NCBI GenBank assembly: GCA_965215505.1
Contig: OZ244065.1
Coordinates: 5,504,001-5,568,000 of the forward strand
DNA: 64,000 nt
Direction: 5' to 3'
From: Capsulimonadaceae bacterium
GTDB lineage: Bacteria; Armatimonadota; Armatimonadia; Armatimonadales; Capsulimonadaceae
Shown: piece after piece, positions 39,756 to 48,328 of the stretch
Position numbering within the stretch: position 1 is the first letter of the stretch
How the letters are laid out: every line of letters starts with the position of its first letter
Made by a program: the position numbers and the translations under genes
The notes under the pieces: generated by a model
Seen by the model: the letters and a program-made list of their open reading frames with translations, nothing else
The model's database searches: none
Told to the model about the DNA's origin: nothing

Positions 39756-40379
39756 ATGAACGCATTCGTCACCTACCTGCATCAAGGCGGGTTCATGATG
39801 TACCCGCTGATCCTCTGCTCGGTACTCGCCATCGGCATCATCCTGGAGCGCGCCTACACCTTCCGCAAGGCGACCTCGATTGACCCGGAGGAACTGCTCG
39901 AAGAGATCAAGCAGACCTACAAGCCCGGCGACCACGGGGCGGCGGCGGCCCGGCTGATGGAGGACGCCAAGACCCCCTACAGCCGCATCTTCGCGCGCGG
40001 CCTGAAAAATGCCGACCGGCCCGCCGAGGCCATCGACATGGCGATGTCGCAGGAGGCCGCGAACGAGATCCCCGCCCTGGAGAACTATCTGCCCGGCCTG
40101 CGGACCATCATCACGATCTGCCCGCTGCTCGGCCTGCTCGGCACCATCGCCGGCATGATCGCCTCGTTCAAAGAGGTGGCGCGCTCCGGCCTGTCCTCGC
40201 CCACCGCCGTCATGGGCGGCGTCAGCGAGGCGCTCGTCTCCACCGCGACCGGCATCAGCATCGCCGTGGTCGGGCTGATCTTCCACAACTACTTCGGCAA
40301 CCTCGTCAAGCGGTTCGTCGAGGACATGGAGTATTACGGCTCCGAGCTGACGAATTTTCTGACGGGAAGGGTGGCCTAG
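39756..40379 (+). CDS. exbB: MotA/TolQ/ExbB proton channel protein
   Basis: GGFMMYPL, PLLGLLGTIAGMI..F, GVSEALVSTATG. Confidence 0.92.
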   Translation: MNAFVTYLHQGGFMMYPLILCSVLAIGIILERAYTFRKATSIDPEELLEEIKQTYKPGDHGAAAARLMEDAKTPYSRIFARGLKNADRPAEAIDMAMSQEAANEIPALENYLPGLRTIITICPLLGLLGTIAGMIASFKEVARSGLSSPTAVMGGVSEALVSTATGISIAVVGLIFHNYFGNLVKRFVEDMEYYGSELTNFLTGRVA

Positions 40380-40381
40380 CC

Positions 40382-40783
40382 ATGATGAAAGTACGCGCCC
40401 GGCGTCAGCCGGAGGAGGCCGAGATCATCATCATCCCGATGATTGACACCATGATGTTCCTGCTGATGTTCTTCATCGTCGCCTCGCTCGCCCTGGCCGT
40501 GCAGAACGGCCTGCCCGTCACCCTGCCCAAAGCCAGTACGGGCGAGCGCCACTCGGCCCAGAACGTGACCCTGACACTCGGCCCGACCGGCGACCTGCAC
40601 CTGAACACGCGGCCCATCGCCATCACCGACGAGACGGCCCAACTCAAAGCCCTGAACATCTCGCCGGGGACGCTGGTCATCATCAACGCCGACGCCAACG
40701 TCCGCCACGGCGTCGTTACGACCGTCATGGACAACGCGCGCAAGGCTGGGGTCGAGCGCTTCGCCATCGCGACACAGTCTTAA
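40382..40783 (+). CDS. exbD: ExbD/TolR protein
   Basis: IIPMIDTMMFLLMFF, V.LP.A, INAD..V.HG.V..VMD. Confidence 0.92.
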   Translation: MMKVRARRQPEEAEIIIIPMIDTMMFLLMFFIVASLALAVQNGLPVTLPKASTGERHSAQNVTLTLGPTGDLHLNTRPIAITDETAQLKALNISPGTLVIINADANVRHGVVTTVMDNARKAGVERFAIATQS

Positions 40784-40810
40784 GGGGAAGAGAAGGGGAG
40801 GGAGTGGGCC

Positions 40811-41596
40811 ATGCGGCGAAGGCGACAAAAGAACAACCTGCTGCCGAAGATGCTCGGCCTGGCGGTCTTGATAAACGCCATCCTGCTGCCGATCCTGGCG
40901 CAGTTCGGCGTCTTCAAGAGCATCGGGCGGGGCCAGAGATTGACCCCCATCGAGATCGTCAAAGCCCCCCCGCCGGAGAAACGGCCCGCCCCGCCGAGGA
41001 AGGCGAAGAAGCAGGTGGCGAAGGCCAAGCCCGCCCCCAAAGCTGCCCCGCGCGCCGCCCAGGCCCGCCGCGCACCGTCCGGCCCGCCGCCCGTTAGGGT
41101 GGTCGCGGCCGGCGGTCCCGCCGGCGCAGGCGGCGGCGGGGACGCGGGCATCACGACCTCGGACGGCGGGGCACCGGCCCCCCCTGCCCCCAATCCTGGG
41201 GGAGCCGGACAGCCGCCACCGCCCGCGCCTGTCCCCGCCCCGCCCCCCGCACCGGCCCCGGTCCCGGTCACTCCCTCAGCAGTGCCCCCGCCCGCACCGC
41301 CTCCCCCCGCGCCGCATGTCCCAGTCCTGACCGCCGCCGCGCCGGTCGCGCAGCCGCGCCCGGCCATCCCGGATGAGCTGCGCGACTCCGACCTGAACGC
41401 CGCCTTTGAGGGCCTGTTCACGGTCCGTGCCGACGGCACGGCGACAGTCAAGATGGTCTCCTCCACCGGGAATCCCACGCTGGACGGCCTCGCCCTGGAT
41501 GCCGCCCGCCGGTGGACCTTCCGGCCCGCGACGCGCGACGGGCAGCCTGTAGAAAGCTTTCTGCGGCTGCGGGTGGAGTTCGACGTGAGTTCTTGA
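40811..41596 (+). CDS. tonB: Energy transducer TonB
   Basis: TM anchor, Pro/Lys-rich linker, SSTGN..LD..AL.A.RRW.F.PA..DG.PV. Confidence 0.88.
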   Translation: MRRRRQKNNLLPKMLGLAVLINAILLPILAQFGVFKSIGRGQRLTPIEIVKAPPPEKRPAPPRKAKKQVAKAKPAPKAAPRAAQARRAPSGPPPVRVVAAGGPAGAGGGGDAGITTSDGGAPAPPAPNPGGAGQPPPPAPVPAPPPAPAPVPVTPSAVPPPAPPPPAPHVPVLTAAAPVAQPRPAIPDELRDSDLNAAFEGLFTVRADGTATVKMVSSTGNPTLDGLALDAARRWTFRPATRDGQPVESFLRLRVEFDVSS

Positions 41597-41606
41597 GCGT
41601 GAGATT

Positions 41607-42047
41607 CTAGAGCAGGGTGAAGTTATCGGGGAGGAGGCTGGTGATGGGCTGGATCTCGGTTTCGCCGGCATGGGTGGCGGACAGGACGATGATGGGGTTG
41701 TCGGCCTGGGAGAACTCGGCGATCACCTGGCGGCAGGCCCCGCAGGGCTTGCATAGCTTGGGGGCGCTCGTGACGACGGCCACGGCCACGATGTCCAGCC
41801 GCCCGTCGCTCACCGCGTTGAACAGGGCGATCCGCTCGGCGCAGACCGTCAGGCCGAACGAGGCGTTTTCGACGTTGCAGCCCCGGTAGATGCTGCCGTC
41901 GCTGACCAGCACGGCGGCCCCAACCGCGAAGTTAGAGTAAGGGGCGTAGGCGGACGCCTGCGCCTCCCGCGCGGCGGCGATCAGTTCGCCCCGGAGCGAC
42001 TCGGTCATTTCGGCGTGGTTGATTTCGATCTGTGTGAACTCGGCCAT
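41607..42047 (-). CDS. cdd: Cytidine deaminase
   Basis: AYAPYS.F.VGAA, GCNVENAS, CAER, PCGACRQ. Confidence 0.95.
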   Translation of the reverse strand: MAEFTQIEINHAEMTESLRGELIAAAREAQASAYAPYSNFAVGAAVLVSDGSIYRGCNVENASFGLTVCAERIALFNAVSDGRLDIVAVAVVTSAPKLCKPCGACRQVIAEFSQADNPIIVLSATHAGETEIQPITSLLPDNFTLL

Positions 42048-42056
42048 GATGTCCGC

Positions 42057-42809
42057 CTATTCACCGCCGCCGCCCCTGCTTCCTTCCCCCGTTTTCAGCC
42101 ACAGCAGAAATTCGACGTTTCCCCCGCTCCCCTCGATCGGGCTTGTCATGCGCCCCTGCTCCGCCAGGCCGTCGGCGCGGGCCGCCTCGACCACCCGTAC
42201 CAATGCCTCCTCGCGCGCCTTCGGGTCGCGCACGATGCCCCCTTTGCCCAGCCTGGCAGGGCCGACCTCGAACTGAGGCTTGACCAGGCACACCATGTCT
42301 CCGCCTCCGCCGAGCAGCGGGGCGAGTGCGGGTAGGACGAGGGTGAGGGAGATAAAGGAGAGATCGGCGACGATGATGTCGAAGGGGTGGGGGAAGTCGG
42401 CGGGCGTGAGGAGGCGGGCATTGACACCCTCCCGCGATTGGACGCGCGGGTCGGCGGCCAGGGCCGGGACCATCTGCCCGTGTCCCACATCCACGGCATG
42501 AACGGAGGCCGCCCCACGCCGCAGAAGGCATTCGGTGAACCCACCCGTGGAAGCGCCCACATCCAGCGCAGTCCGGCCCGCCACGGCGATGCCGAACGCG
42601 GCCAGGGCGGCGTCCAGCTTCAGGGCACCCCGCGAAACCCACGAAGGGCCGTTCTCCGTGACGGCCAGCGTGGCGTCCTCTGTGACCGCGAGGCTGGCCT
42701 TGGTCACCGCCCGCCCGTCCAGAGTCACCGCGCCCGAGTCCAGGGCGGCCTGCGCCTCGGCCCGGCTCCGGCACAGCCCGCGCACGACCAGGGCCTTATC
42801 CAGACGCAT
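42057..42809 (-). CDS. tlyA: TlyA family RNA methyltransferase
   Basis: MRLD..LV.RG, VSRGALKL, DVGASTGGFT, DLSFISL, LVKPQFE, SPIEG..GN.EF. Confidence 0.95.
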   Translation of the reverse strand: MRLDKALVVRGLCRSRAEAQAALDSGAVTLDGRAVTKASLAVTEDATLAVTENGPSWVSRGALKLDAALAAFGIAVAGRTALDVGASTGGFTECLLRRGAASVHAVDVGHGQMVPALAADPRVQSREGVNARLLTPADFPHPFDIIVADLSFISLTLVLPALAPLLGGGGDMVCLVKPQFEVGPARLGKGGIVRDPKAREEALVRVVEAARADGLAEQGRMTSPIEGSGGNVEFLLWLKTGEGSRGGGGE

Positions 42810-43467
42810 CGGTGTCCGTATGGATGTCCAGCGCGGCGAGGTGGGACGTGTCGTTCTGGAGCAGCAGCGCGGCCGGCTCGTCCGGATTCCGGCTCACGCG
42901 AAGGCGCGTGACGGCGCAGTTATCCGACCAGGGCGGGCCGTCCAGGTCGGGCGGGACGCGCAGGAAGGCTTCGGTCAGGCGGCCCACTGTTTCGGCATGG
43001 GAGACGACTAAAATGTGTTCATCGGTGTGGGCGTACAGCCCCACCAGGGCGTCGCGGACGCGGACGGCACGGGCATACATCAGCGCGTCGTCTTCCAGCT
43101 CCTGTGGCCACCACGTCTCGCCGCACGGGAAGGTGTGCCCGAAGAAGGCGAAGGGAAACTGCGCCCGGATCTCGTCGGGACTCAGGCCGGGGAAGGTCTT
43201 GTAGCCGGGCCAGATGGCGTTGAAGTACTCGCAGACATCGGCGTAAACCTCCGCCTTCAGCCCCGCCTCCTCGCAGGTCGGCGAGATCGTCTGCAAGGCC
43301 CGCCGCAGAGGGGAGACATAGGCCTTCGTCAGCCCCTCCCCGCGCAGCCGCCGCGCCGCCCGCCGCGCCTGCTCGACGCCCAGCGGCGTCAGCGGGCTGT
43401 CCAGATGCTCGGTCAGTCCGGCGTTGGCCTCGGACTGACCGTGACGTACCAGGGTAATTTCCATCAC
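42796..43467 (-). CDS. Histidine phosphatase family protein
   Basis: LVRHGQS, SPLRRALQT, LVVSH. Confidence 0.9.
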   Translation of the reverse strand: MMEITLVRHGQSEANAGLTEHLDSPLTPLGVEQARRAARRLRGEGLTKAYVSPLRRALQTISPTCEEAGLKAEVYADVCEYFNAIWPGYKTFPGLSPDEIRAQFPFAFFGHTFPCGETWWPQELEDDALMYARAVRVRDALVGLYAHTDEHILVVSHAETVGRLTEAFLRVPPDLDGPPWSDNCAVTRLRVSRNPDEPAALLLQNDTSHLAALDIHTDTDASG

Positions 43468-43486
43468 AGGGACAGTATACCCCTTT

Positions 43487-44194
43487 CTAACGCGGGCCGC
43501 CGCCGAGGACCAGCTTTTCCAGGGAAGGCCGGTTCGTGATCAGCACCCGGCGGCCCAGGAAGTCTATCAGGCCCTGGCGCTTGAAGTCGTTCAGGATCAG
43601 CGTCGTCGTCTCGCGCGTGCTGCCGATGACGTTCGCCAGTTCCTGATGGGTCAGCTTACCCTTGAGCATCTGCCCACCGCGCCCGTTGCGGCTCCCGCCC
43701 TGGTTGTCGTGCAGCCGCAGCAGCAGCTTGGCGAGCCGCCGGGGGACCTCCAGGAAGACCAGGTCGGCGACCTGGTTCTCGGCCAGCAGCCGCCGCTCAC
43801 TCACCAGCCGCAGCAGCGCCTGCGTCGCCGCCAGGGAGTGCTGCAAGGCGGCCAGGATGTCGGAGCGCCGGAAGGCGACGATCAGCGAGTCCTCCAGCGT
43901 CTCCGCCATCAGCTCGTAGGTGTCGCTGCCCTCCAGAAGACCCGTCTCGCCAAACAGCGAGCCGTCTTCCAGGAGGTACAAAGTCAGCTCGCGCCCCTGG
44001 TCGGACACGCGGGCGATCTTGACGCGCCCCGTGCAGAGCAGATAAACGTAGTCGCCAGGCTGATCGGCGAAGTGGATCACTTGACGGCGGCGGTACTGCC
44101 GCTGCTCCGCGATCCGTTCCAACCGTTTCAGGGTCTCTTCAGGCAGGGCCGCCAGCATTGGCACCTGCTGGAAATAGGGATTTAGTGAATTCAA
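43487..44194 (-). CDS. Crp/Fnr family transcriptional regulator
   Basis: cNMP domain (GRVKI, FGE), RLAKLLL, LTHQELANVIGSTRETTT HTH. Confidence 0.93.
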   Translation of the reverse strand: MNSLNPYFQQVPMLAALPEETLKRLERIAEQRQYRRRQVIHFADQPGDYVYLLCTGRVKIARVSDQGRELTLYLLEDGSLFGETGLLEGSDTYELMAETLEDSLIVAFRRSDILAALQHSLAATQALLRLVSERRLLAENQVADLVFLEVPRRLAKLLLRLHDNQGGSRNGRGGQMLKGKLTHQELANVIGSTRETTTLILNDFKRQGLIDFLGRRVLITNRPSLEKLVLGGGPR

Positions 44195-44324
44195 TCGTTT
44201 ACAAGCAGCCTTTCTCTTTGGGTTTGCGCTTACGAGAGGAAGTATAGCCGAGATACGCTCGGCTGCGAACGGCGAATTTGCCGGGATTCGCCGACTGTCA
44301 GCGCAAACAGGTATTCTTACTGAT

Positions 44325-44499
44325 CAAAACCGGGAAGGGCCACGAAGTTTTGTATTGGGTGGGACGATTATCAAGGGGAGCCTGTTCCAAAAAGAGGTTA
44401 AAGGGCGGTTACAAAGGAATGTCCGGCACGACATGTGCCGGACACCTCTCTTGCAGACCTCATGCCAATCGGCCACGCCCACGAACAACCGGCTCTCTT
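44325..44499. ncRNA. Candidate long-hairpin structured RNA (loosely 6S-like; unverified)
   Basis: Nested stems AGGGGAGCC/GGCTCTCTT, TGTTC/GAACA, GAGGT/ACCTC and TGTCCGGCAC/GTGCCGGACA with internal bubbles. Confidence 0.35.
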
Positions 44500-45016
44500 A
44501 CGAGGCCGCAGGAGGCGGGGGAGCGCCGGGGGAACGCCTCCGGGAGAGCGGCGGCCCCAGGGCTTCGCGCAGGATGATGGCCCGGACCAGGTCGTCACTG
44601 CCGCCGAACAGACTCTTCAAAGGCACAGCGGTCGGTGCCGGCGATTGCAGTGAGACGCCCAGCGCGGACGGCTCCCAGGCGGCCAGCTCTTCTTCCTGCC
44701 GTCGGAAGTCCCGGTCCGTCGCCTCGCGCGACACCGCCGGCCCGCCCGCCTGCGGCTGCCGGGGCATCGGGCGCGCGGGAACCAGGGAGGGGGCGCGCGT
44801 CGGGAGCTTCTGGGTGGGCGGGGGTGCCTGCGGAGGAGGGGGGGCCTGCGCCTGCCGCTGCGCGTCGGCGAGGGCCTGCCGGACCGGGTTCGCGCCCGCC
44901 GCGCCCGTCGCACCCGCGATCTGCCGCCCGGCCCACTTGAAGAACCGGAAGATCCCCCTGATGACCCAGCCGATGGCGATCAGGGCAAAGACTACAGCCT
45001 CGTAACTCAGATGCAC
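44498..45016 (-). CDS. YqfB-like protein of the floA operon
   Basis: N-terminal TM, low-complexity middle, C-terminal DDLVRAIILREALGPP. Confidence 0.65.
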   Translation of the reverse strand: MHLSYEAVVFALIAIGWVIRGIFRFFKWAGRQIAGATGAAGANPVRQALADAQRQAQAPPPPQAPPPTQKLPTRAPSLVPARPMPRQPQAGGPAVSREATDRDFRRQEEELAAWEPSALGVSLQSPAPTAVPLKSLFGGSDDLVRAIILREALGPPLSRRRSPGAPPPPAAS

Positions 45017-45018
45017 CG

Positions 45019-45795
45019 CTACTCGTCCTCCGCGTGTTTCAGGATCGCCCGCGCGTTCTTTAACTCACGCCCTGTGAATGGTGCGCTGTCGCGCGTCCAC
45101 AGGTTAACGGGCGCGAGTGTTGCCGACGGCCTCACGGCCTTGACATGGCCGTCGGTGAACAGGCAGTTGAGGATGCCGCTCGGATGTTCATAGAAGATGT
45201 GTCGAGGAACGTGGGCATATAGTTCTCGGCCCGTGCCGGGCAGGAACATGGGGCTGGTGATGTCCCAATCCGCTCCATCGTAGCCCCGCGTGTCAACGAC
45301 TTGGATCACCCGCAAAGAGGTGTTGACGCTGGTCCCTTTCGGGGCTAAGGCTGTCATTGGCGTGAGTAACTCGTCTTTGCTGTGCTTCATGTCGTTTGCT
45401 TCGTAAGAGCGTGGCAGATTCTCCGGCGTGTAGTCACCGTGCCTTGTGTCGTCCGGGCACTGGTAAACTCCAGTTGCCTTCACATAGGGAAAGACAGCTT
45501 CACGCCAGCTAGATCCACTGGCACTGCTCTGATAGGCGGGAGGGTTGCCATCGTCGTCCTGCTCGTATTGAGTCAATGCTATACTAAGTTGCTTCAGGTT
45601 GGAGGCGCAGGAGGCGCGGCGCGCGTTGGAATGCCCACCTACAGTCACTATAAGCAGGGGGTCAGGGCTGAAAACCAGTAGCAGAATAAAGGCCAAAAAA
45701 ATATAGCCCGCGATCCTGCCGTAAAGACTCATTAGAAATCGGACCCTCTCGCGACGGCTGGCTTCCGCATATGCGTCAGGATCAAGTTCAAACAT
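45019..45795 (-). CDS. DUF1559 / H-X9-DG prepilin-associated domain protein
   Basis: TM, ARRASCASNLKQL..A..QY.QD.D, PYVK..GVYQCPDD, N.LFTDGHVK. Confidence 0.82.
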   Translation of the reverse strand: MFELDPDAYAEASRRERVRFLMSLYGRIAGYIFLAFILLLVFSPDPLLIVTVGGHSNARRASCASNLKQLSIALTQYEQDDDGNPPAYQSSASGSSWREAVFPYVKATGVYQCPDDTRHGDYTPENLPRSYEANDMKHSKDELLTPMTALAPKGTSVNTSLRVIQVVDTRGYDGADWDITSPMFLPGTGRELYAHVPRHIFYEHPSGILNCLFTDGHVKAVRPSATLAPVNLWTRDSAPFTGRELKNARAILKHAEDE

Positions 45796-45989
45796 TGCCG
45801 CAACTCCGCCGGCTCTGGGCCGACACTCCACACCGCCGCCCCATCAGCAAGTAGAGGACTAACAGGGCGAACAGAATCAGGTGACAGTCCGAGGTTATTC
45901 TTCCATTGCGTGTGCCAAGAGCAGCGCCGCAAGATTCAGGATCGCCTCTGCCTGCTTCAATAGCACCTCCACGTTTTATAAGTCTTGCT

Positions 45990-46454
45990 CTATTTGGCCC
46001 TCTGTCTTTGCAGGTCTACGCCGTACTTTGATGCATTCTCGCGGATGAGCGCGTTCAGGGCCTGTTCTTTCTCGTTATCGTTGCTGAGGTTGATTAGGTC
46101 AAACGAGGACTCAACGCCGTACTGCCAGTAGTAAAGGTCTGCCAGGTTCTCTTCTCGCGAGTAAGCCAGATTGTAGAGGCAACGGTACTTGAGTCCGATT
46201 GGTGAGTCGTCTCTCCAAAAGCCGACTCCTCTCAGCCGCACAATCTCGCGTAGTATCTGCTTAACCGCTTCCGCGCTTACATCCGCGCCGCCATAGTAGT
46301 CCAGCAGCAACCGGCTCATCTCCTCCAAGTGGCTGTCAGTCTCCGGCCCGAGCAAATCCAGCGCATCAATTACGCACTTGACCCAGAAGTAGAAGTTTCG
46401 TTCTTCAAACACGCTCTCAGGAAGGTCGTCAAGGATTGACCCATCGTTCGTCAT
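45990..46454 (-). CDS. Hypothetical acidic protein (lower GC)
   Basis: 154-aa ORF with atypical codon usage; no recognised motif. Confidence 0.65.
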   Translation of the reverse strand: MTNDGSILDDLPESVFEERNFYFWVKCVIDALDLLGPETDSHLEEMSRLLLDYYGGADVSAEAVKQILREIVRLRGVGFWRDDSPIGLKYRCLYNLAYSREENLADLYYWQYGVESSFDLINLSNDNEKEQALNALIRENASKYGVDLQRQRAK

Positions 46455-46503
46455 GTTGGTATTTGCCTGACGAGGCTTGGCCTTTCGCCTGACAGGAACG
46501 CAA

Positions 46504-47520
46504 TTACACCGCCGCCCCCGGCACGCTGTTCGCGCCGCCGTCCTCGTCCGTGCCGCCCGTCGCCCGGCTGATGCCGCTCCGCATCGCCGTGTCCGCCTGC
46601 AAGTTCCGCAGGTTGTAGTAATCCATCACGCCCAGAGTGCCGCCGCGCAGGGCTTCGGCTAAAGCCATCGGCACCTGTGCCTGGGCCTCGACCACCTTGG
46701 CCTGCATCTCCTGGGTGTAGGCCTTCATCTCCTGCTCGCGGGCGACCGCCATCGAGCGCCGCTCCTCGGCCTTCGCCTGGGCGACCTTCTTGTCCGCCTC
46801 GGCCTGGTCCGCCTGCAAGCGCGCGCCGATGTTCTGGCCGACCACCACGTCGGCGATGTCAATGGACAGGATCTCGAAGGCCGTCCCTGCGTCCAGCCCT
46901 TTCGCCAGGACCGTCTTGGAGATCGCGTCGGGCTTCTCCATGACCTCCAAATGGGTGGCCGCCGAGCCGATGGTGGTAACGATGCCCTCGCCGACGCGCG
47001 CCAAAACCGTCTGCTCGCCCGCGCCGCCGACGAACTGCTCGATGTTGGCCCGGACGGTGACGCGGGCGAATGCCTTCATCTCGACGCCGTTCTTGGCTAC
47101 CCCGGCGACGTTCGGCGTCTCGATGACCTTGGGGTTGACCGACATCTGCACCGCTTCCAGCACATTCCGGCCCGCCAGGTCAATGGCCGCCGCCCGCTCG
47201 AAAGGCAGAGGGATCTGCGCCCGGTGCGCGCTGATGAGCGCCTGCACCACGCGGTCCACGTTGCCGCCGGCCAAATAGTGCGTTTCCAGTTGGTTCAGGT
47301 TGATGGGGACGCCCGCCTTGACGGCGGCGATGAGCGGCAGGATGACCCGGTCCTGCGGGACGCGCCGCAGCCGCATCCCGATCAGGCTGCCGAAGCCGAC
47401 GCCGCTGACTCCCGCCGAGATAGCCGTTATCATCAGGCCGACCGGAACATACTGGCGGATCAAAGCGAGAGCGACGATGACGACAACAACGCCGACGACG
47501 ATGGGAACGAATGGCGACAT
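46504..47520 (-). CDS. floA: Flotillin-like protein FloA (YqfA)
   Basis: [56 protein letters not shown]. Confidence 0.95.
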   Translation of the reverse strand: MSPFVPIVVGVVVVIVALALIRQYVPVGLMITAISAGVSGVGFGSLIGMRLRRVPQDRVILPLIAAVKAGVPINLNQLETHYLAGGNVDRVVQALISAHRAQIPLPFERAAAIDLAGRNVLEAVQMSVNPKVIETPNVAGVAKNGVEMKAFARVTVRANIEQFVGGAGEQTVLARVGEGIVTTIGSAATHLEVMEKPDAISKTVLAKGLDAGTAFEILSIDIADVVVGQNIGARLQADQAEADKKVAQAKAEERRSMAVAREQEMKAYTQEMQAKVVEAQAQVPMALAEALRGGTLGVMDYYNLRNLQADTAMRSGISRATGGTDEDGGANSVPGAAV

Positions 47521-47562
47521 GGGGAACACTCCTTGTACCATAAGTATACCATAAAGACATGG

Positions 47563-48231
47563 CTAATCCAGCGTAGCGACCAGGCGGGGAGTGAAGCGGA
47601 GGCGGTCCGAAGCGACGCACAGGGCGCGCAGGCCGTTCCACCGCTCGGGGACGGGATAATCACGGCCATTCAGGTGCAGATGCCCGTACAGAACGGTTTC
47701 GACGCCGTGCGCCTTCAGGAGTGGCGTGAAGACGTCTAAAGGAGGATAGTGGATCAGGGCGATCTTAGTTTCGCAGCCCGCGATGCCTTCCAGCCGCCGC
47801 GTCAGCCGGACCACCTCGCGGGCGATGATCTTCTCCGCCTTCGCCTTCTCGGACTCGGTGCCGGTCGCGGGGAACCAGCCGCGCGTCCCCGCCACGCCGA
47901 CGCGCCCGTCTTCGGAGACGAACGGCGTGTCGTGCAGGCCGGGGAAGTCAAGCGACCTGTCCGAATCCCACCAGTAGTCGTGGTTGCCCTTGCACAGCAC
48001 CTTGACGCCCGGCAGCGCGGCCAGCCAGGCAAGGTCCGGCTCGGCGTCCGCCCGCTTCATCGCCCAGGACAGGTCGCCCGGCATCAGCAGCAGGTCTTCG
48101 GGCGCGACGACCGCCCGGCAGGCCGCCTCGATCTTCGCCGGGTGGTCCCGCCAGTGTTCGCCAAAAATGTCCATCGGCTTCGGCTTGGCGAACGATAAAT
48201 GTGTGTCCGCCAATGCCCAGATGCGTCGCAT
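47563..48231 (-). CDS. Calcineurin-like metallophosphoesterase
   Basis: ADTHLS, KPMDIFG..W, PGDLSWAM, KGNHDYWW, YGHLH. Confidence 0.92.
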   Translation of the reverse strand: MRRIWALADTHLSFAKPKPMDIFGEHWRDHPAKIEAACRAVVAPEDLLLMPGDLSWAMKRADAEPDLAWLAALPGVKVLCKGNHDYWWDSDRSLDFPGLHDTPFVSEDGRVGVAGTRGWFPATGTESEKAKAEKIIAREVVRLTRRLEGIAGCETKIALIHYPPLDVFTPLLKAHGVETVLYGHLHLNGRDYPVPERWNGLRALCVASDRLRFTPRLVATLD

Positions 48232-48290
48232 GAACTCAGTATACCCGCTGGGCGGGAGCGACCAAAGCCGACCGGCGGGCGCGGGTTTGA

Positions 48291-48320
48291 TTGACACTGG
48301 CCGCCCGCCATAGGTATACT
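48291..48320 (+). promoter_or_regulatory. Sigma70 promoter of murJ
   Basis: TTGACA-N18-TATACT, 8 nt before the ATG. Confidence 0.75.
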
Positions 48321-48328
48321 GTTGCCCT

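Noticed and set aside
45800-45985. Short minus-strand peptides (VEVLLKQAEAILNLAALLLAHAMEE; HLILFALLVLYLLMGRR)
   Set aside because: Possibly gene remnants, but too short and unsupported to call.
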